Shown here one piece after another: positions 60,975 to 64,000 of a stretch of 64,000 bases of DNA; position 1 is the stretch's first letter, and each line of letters opens with the position of its first letter. This DNA is from Bdellovibrionota bacterium (GTDB taxonomy: Bacteria; Bdellovibrionota_C; UBA2361; JAAYZI01). The notes beneath the pieces are model-generated. The model saw nothing but the letters and a program-made list of their open reading frames with translations, ran no database searches and was not told the origin of the DNA. Both the position numbers and the translations under genes were made by a program. The stretch lies in NCBI GenBank assembly GCA_050950765.1, contig JBMNIF010000002.1, positions 1,120,001-1,184,000 of the forward strand, given 5' to 3'.

Positions 60975-61913
60975 ATGACAGAAAAAAAAGTTCTTGGACT
61001 CTTTCCAGGGCAGGGGTCTCAACAAGTTGGTATGGGAAAGGATTTTGTTGAAGCGTTGCCGTTAGCAAAAGATCTTTTTGATGTTGCGGATAAGGCACTT
61101 GGATTCTCTTTGTCAGAGATCTGCTTTGATGGTCCCATTGAAAAGCTTACGGCTACGCAGTTTGTGCAACCTGCTATCTTAACAGTTAGTACTATCTGTT
61201 ATAGAGCTTTTTTGGGTGCGCACCCAGATCTGCAAGTTGTTGCTGCGGCGGGTCATAGTTTAGGAGAGTATTCGGCATTGGTGGCGGCTGAAGCGTTGAC
61301 ATTTGAAGAGGCGGTGCAACTGGTGCATAAACGCGGCAGGTATATGCAGGAAGCGGTGGCGGTCGGAGAGGGGAAAATGGTTGCAGTTCTTGGAAAAGAA
61401 TTGGCAGAGATTGATGATGCTTTAGCGAAAGTTACTGTTGGAAGTTGTGTTCAGATCGCTAATATTAATGCACCAGGGCAAGTTGTGGTATCAGGGGTAC
61501 AAGATGCCGTTAATGAGTTTTTGGAGATCTTAGGAGCTGCTAAAACAGTAGTATTGGCAGTCAGCGCGCCGTTTCATTGTGATTTGATGGAACCTGCTGC
61601 GCAGGAATTGGCAAAAGACCTTGATAAGACGACTATTTCTAAAGCAAAGTTTCCTATCTATTGCAATGTAACTGGTAAGGCAGTTTCCCAGCCTGAAGAG
61701 ATAAGGGAAGCTTTGAAGAAGCAGGTTTGTGGTAGTGTGCGTTGGGTAGAGTGCATGGAAAATGCTTTAAGCGACGTTGCGCCGCAAGAAGCTATTGAGT
61801 TTGGCGCAGGAAGTGTGCTTTGCAATCTTTTAAAAAGGATCAACAAAGAAGTTCCGCGGTATAATGTTGGAAGTTTTGATGCATTGGTGCCACCCACTAC
61901 TTTAGAAGCTTAG
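60975..61913 (+). CDS. fabD: Malonyl-CoA:ACP transacylase
   Basis: FPGQGSQ, AGHSLGEY, AN.NAPGQVV.SG, VSAPFH. Confidence 0.96.
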   Translation: MTEKKVLGLFPGQGSQQVGMGKDFVEALPLAKDLFDVADKALGFSLSEICFDGPIEKLTATQFVQPAILTVSTICYRAFLGAHPDLQVVAAAGHSLGEYSALVAAEALTFEEAVQLVHKRGRYMQEAVAVGEGKMVAVLGKELAEIDDALAKVTVGSCVQIANINAPGQVVVSGVQDAVNEFLEILGAAKTVVLAVSAPFHCDLMEPAAQELAKDLDKTTISKAKFPIYCNVTGKAVSQPEEIREALKKQVCGSVRWVECMENALSDVAPQEAIEFGAGSVLCNLLKRINKEVPRYNVGSFDALVPPTTLEA

Positions 61914-62087
61914 AATTGAAGGTGATTAAAGCTGGTAAAACTGGTGCCACCCACTAGTGAAGCTTGGTGCTGGACTGGCAAACTGGTGCCACCCTTCAGC
62001 TTTGCTGGCTTTGACGGCTCAGGGGATGAATTTGGTGCCACCCATTAATATTAACCTGCTTTACAAGTAGGACATCCAAACTTTAAA

Positions 62088-63664
62088 CCCTAACTCTTCA
62101 TATTTCAGGAATATATTTCAATAAAAAATTAAATATCCTTTAAAAAAGGTATTGTGCTTTAAAAATATTGGTGTATTATATATTACGTATTGCGTAATAC
62201 GTTAGGAGATATATATCATGACATATCCAGATTGGGTTTTGAAAGAAAAAAAGAAAGGCACTGAGGTAGTTCACAGGAACGGCAAATATTATTTGTATAA
62301 AATAAGTTCTGTGTGGAATAAGGAAAAGGGACGTGCTCAGAAGGTTACCTTAGAATACCTTGGCAGGATAACTGAAGATAAGGGTCTTATTCCCCCTAAA
62401 CGTAGGGGTTCTTACAAAGATGGAGAAGTTTCTGCAAAGGAGTATGGAGCTAGCAAAACACTTTGTGAGTTAGGAAAAGACATATTAAATCGCTTAGAAG
62501 ATAGGTTTCCGAATGATTATCAAAAGATTTTTTCTATTGCTGCTTTAAGAGTAATTGAGCGTTGTCCGTTTAAGGGGATTGATTTTTTGTATGAGAAATC
62601 TTTTTTATCTGAACGCTTCGGAAAGCTTGCTCTATCTTCCTCTAGCATATCAAGGTTTTTAAGGGAGCTAGGTAGCCAGAGACCAAAGTTAGTTGGTTTT
62701 ATGAAAGAGTATGTTTGCGATGTTGATTATCTTTTTTTTGATTTAACAAATATAATAAGTAAATCGGAAAATGTTGAAATAAATAGAGTTGGCTATAACA
62801 GTCATCATGATTTTGATCCTCAAATTGGCTTAATGTATGCTTTTTCAGCGGATGACAGTTCTCCCACTTATTACAGAGTTATTCCTGGAAATATAAGAGA
62901 TGTGAGGGCATTTAAGGGGAGTATAGAAGAGGCTGGTATAAAGGATGCTGTAATAGTTGCAGATAAAGGGTTTGGCTCACAAGAGAATTTTAAGTTATTA
63001 AAAGAAGCTAATTTAAAATATATTGTTCCATTAAGGCGCAATAATTCAAACATAAACAGAGAGATTTTAAGATGTGGAGACAAGTCTAAGTTTGAAAATT
63101 TTTTCTTTCATAATGCTCGTCCTATATGGCCTTACTCATATAAAATAAACGAAGATCGTCTTATTGTTTGTCTTGATGAATCGCTTAAGGCTAGAGAAGA
63201 GACTGATTATCTGCGTAGAGTTCAAGAAAATATAGAAGGCTACACAAAAGAAGGTTTTATCGATAAACAATACCAATTCGGAACGATTACTTTTCAAACG
63301 AACCTCGATTTGCCATGCGACAAGGTATTTTGTTTATATAAGGCAAGAAATGAAATAGAGATGACATTCGATTTTTTAAAAAACCTATTAGAGCAAGATC
63401 GTGTATACTTGCAAGATAAATATGCGATTGAAGCTTGGGCGTTCATAAACCATATTTCACTTATGCTTGTTTATTTGATATATCATAAACTTAAAGAAAG
63501 TGAACTTATTTCTAAATATTCCATTCAAGAATTTATTACACATCTTAAATATATAAGTTATTTAAAAATCGGAGACTCGTGGGTAGTAAGTGAGATTTCA
63601 GGTAAAACACAAAAAATTTTAGAAAAATTAAAAATTCATATTACGCAAACGTGAAGAGTTAGGG
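62088..63664 (+). mobile_element. Insertion sequence, probably IS1634 family, 1577 bp
   Basis: 13-bp terminal IRs ccctaactcttca/tgaagagttaggg; TTTAAA target duplication on both sides; single transposase whose stop lies in the right IR. Confidence 0.9.
62218..63654 (+). CDS. DDE transposase (IS1634/IS4-like)
   Basis: N-terminal YYLY..SSVW.KEK..Q...YLGRI; FFDLT, PGN.RD, VADKGF, YKAR.EIE..F..LK. Confidence 0.9.
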   Translation: MTYPDWVLKEKKKGTEVVHRNGKYYLYKISSVWNKEKGRAQKVTLEYLGRITEDKGLIPPKRRGSYKDGEVSAKEYGASKTLCELGKDILNRLEDRFPNDYQKIFSIAALRVIERCPFKGIDFLYEKSFLSERFGKLALSSSSISRFLRELGSQRPKLVGFMKEYVCDVDYLFFDLTNIISKSENVEINRVGYNSHHDFDPQIGLMYAFSADDSSPTYYRVIPGNIRDVRAFKGSIEEAGIKDAVIVADKGFGSQENFKLLKEANLKYIVPLRRNNSNINREILRCGDKSKFENFFFHNARPIWPYSYKINEDRLIVCLDESLKAREETDYLRRVQENIEGYTKEGFIDKQYQFGTITFQTNLDLPCDKVFCLYKARNEIEMTFDFLKNLLEQDRVYLQDKYAIEAWAFINHISLMLVYLIYHKLKESELISKYSIQEFITHLKYISYLKIGDSWVVSEISGKTQKILEKLKIHITQT

Positions 63665-64000
63665 TTTAAAATTGCAACAGTTAATAATATCAAGATATTA
63701 GTAGAAGCTTACAATTTAGCGAATTTGGTGCCACCCACTAGTGGAGCTTGGTGCTGGACTGGCAAACTGGTGCCACCCATTAATATTAGGCTGCTTTACA
63801 AGTAGGACATCCGAACTTTGAAATTGCAACAGTTAATAATATCAAGACATTAGCAGAAGCTTACAATTTAGCGAATTTGGTGCCACCCATTAGTTGGATG
63901 ACGGGGACGGGCTGCAACTGCAGAACGGATTGGCTAGGTCTGTATGGGGGTTAAAAAACTGGTGCCTCCCTTCAGCTTTGCTGGCTTTGACGGCTCAGGG

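Larger units (their letters stand above)
61885..64000 (+). repeat. GGTG(G/C)CACC-core repeat cluster interrupted by an IS
   Basis: TGGTGCCACCC at 61885, 61942, 61984, 62033, 63726, 63768 and 63878, degenerate at 63960; runs off the window end. Confidence 0.9.

Overview
Bacterial chromosomal window, moderately AT-rich, from a diderm organism (lptF/lptG and an outer-membrane beta-barrel gene are present). Housekeeping genes: ubiB-like kinase, rplM-rpsI, lptF-lptG, rpsU, pfkA, dsbA-like, argA-like, nadD, lepA, purB, fabD. Larger blocks: a Tad pseudopilin pair, a divergent Ser/Thr kinase-CHASE2 / FecR-TPR-beta-barrel signalling locus, a shikimate operon preceded by two SPFH-like genes, a surface-polysaccharide cluster (GT4/GT2, wcaJ-like, ugd, uxs-like, galE-like), an orphan adenine methyltransferase and an intact IS1634-like element. 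The most unusual features are non-coding. (1) At 37.3-40.5 kb, three tandem cassettes carry near-identical, strongly structured leader and trailer sequences around three very divergent orphan ORFs. (2) About 60 copies of an 11-nt quasi-palindromic core (TGGTGCCACCC) lie in five head-to-tail mosaic clusters, each starting at a gene 3' end in the same relative orientation. (3) Gene starts and ends are repeatedly duplicated, and some 3'-end copies differ almost only at synonymous sites. All calls come from reading the sequence and ORF translations by eye; no database searches or folding programs were run, and counts and coordinates are manual.
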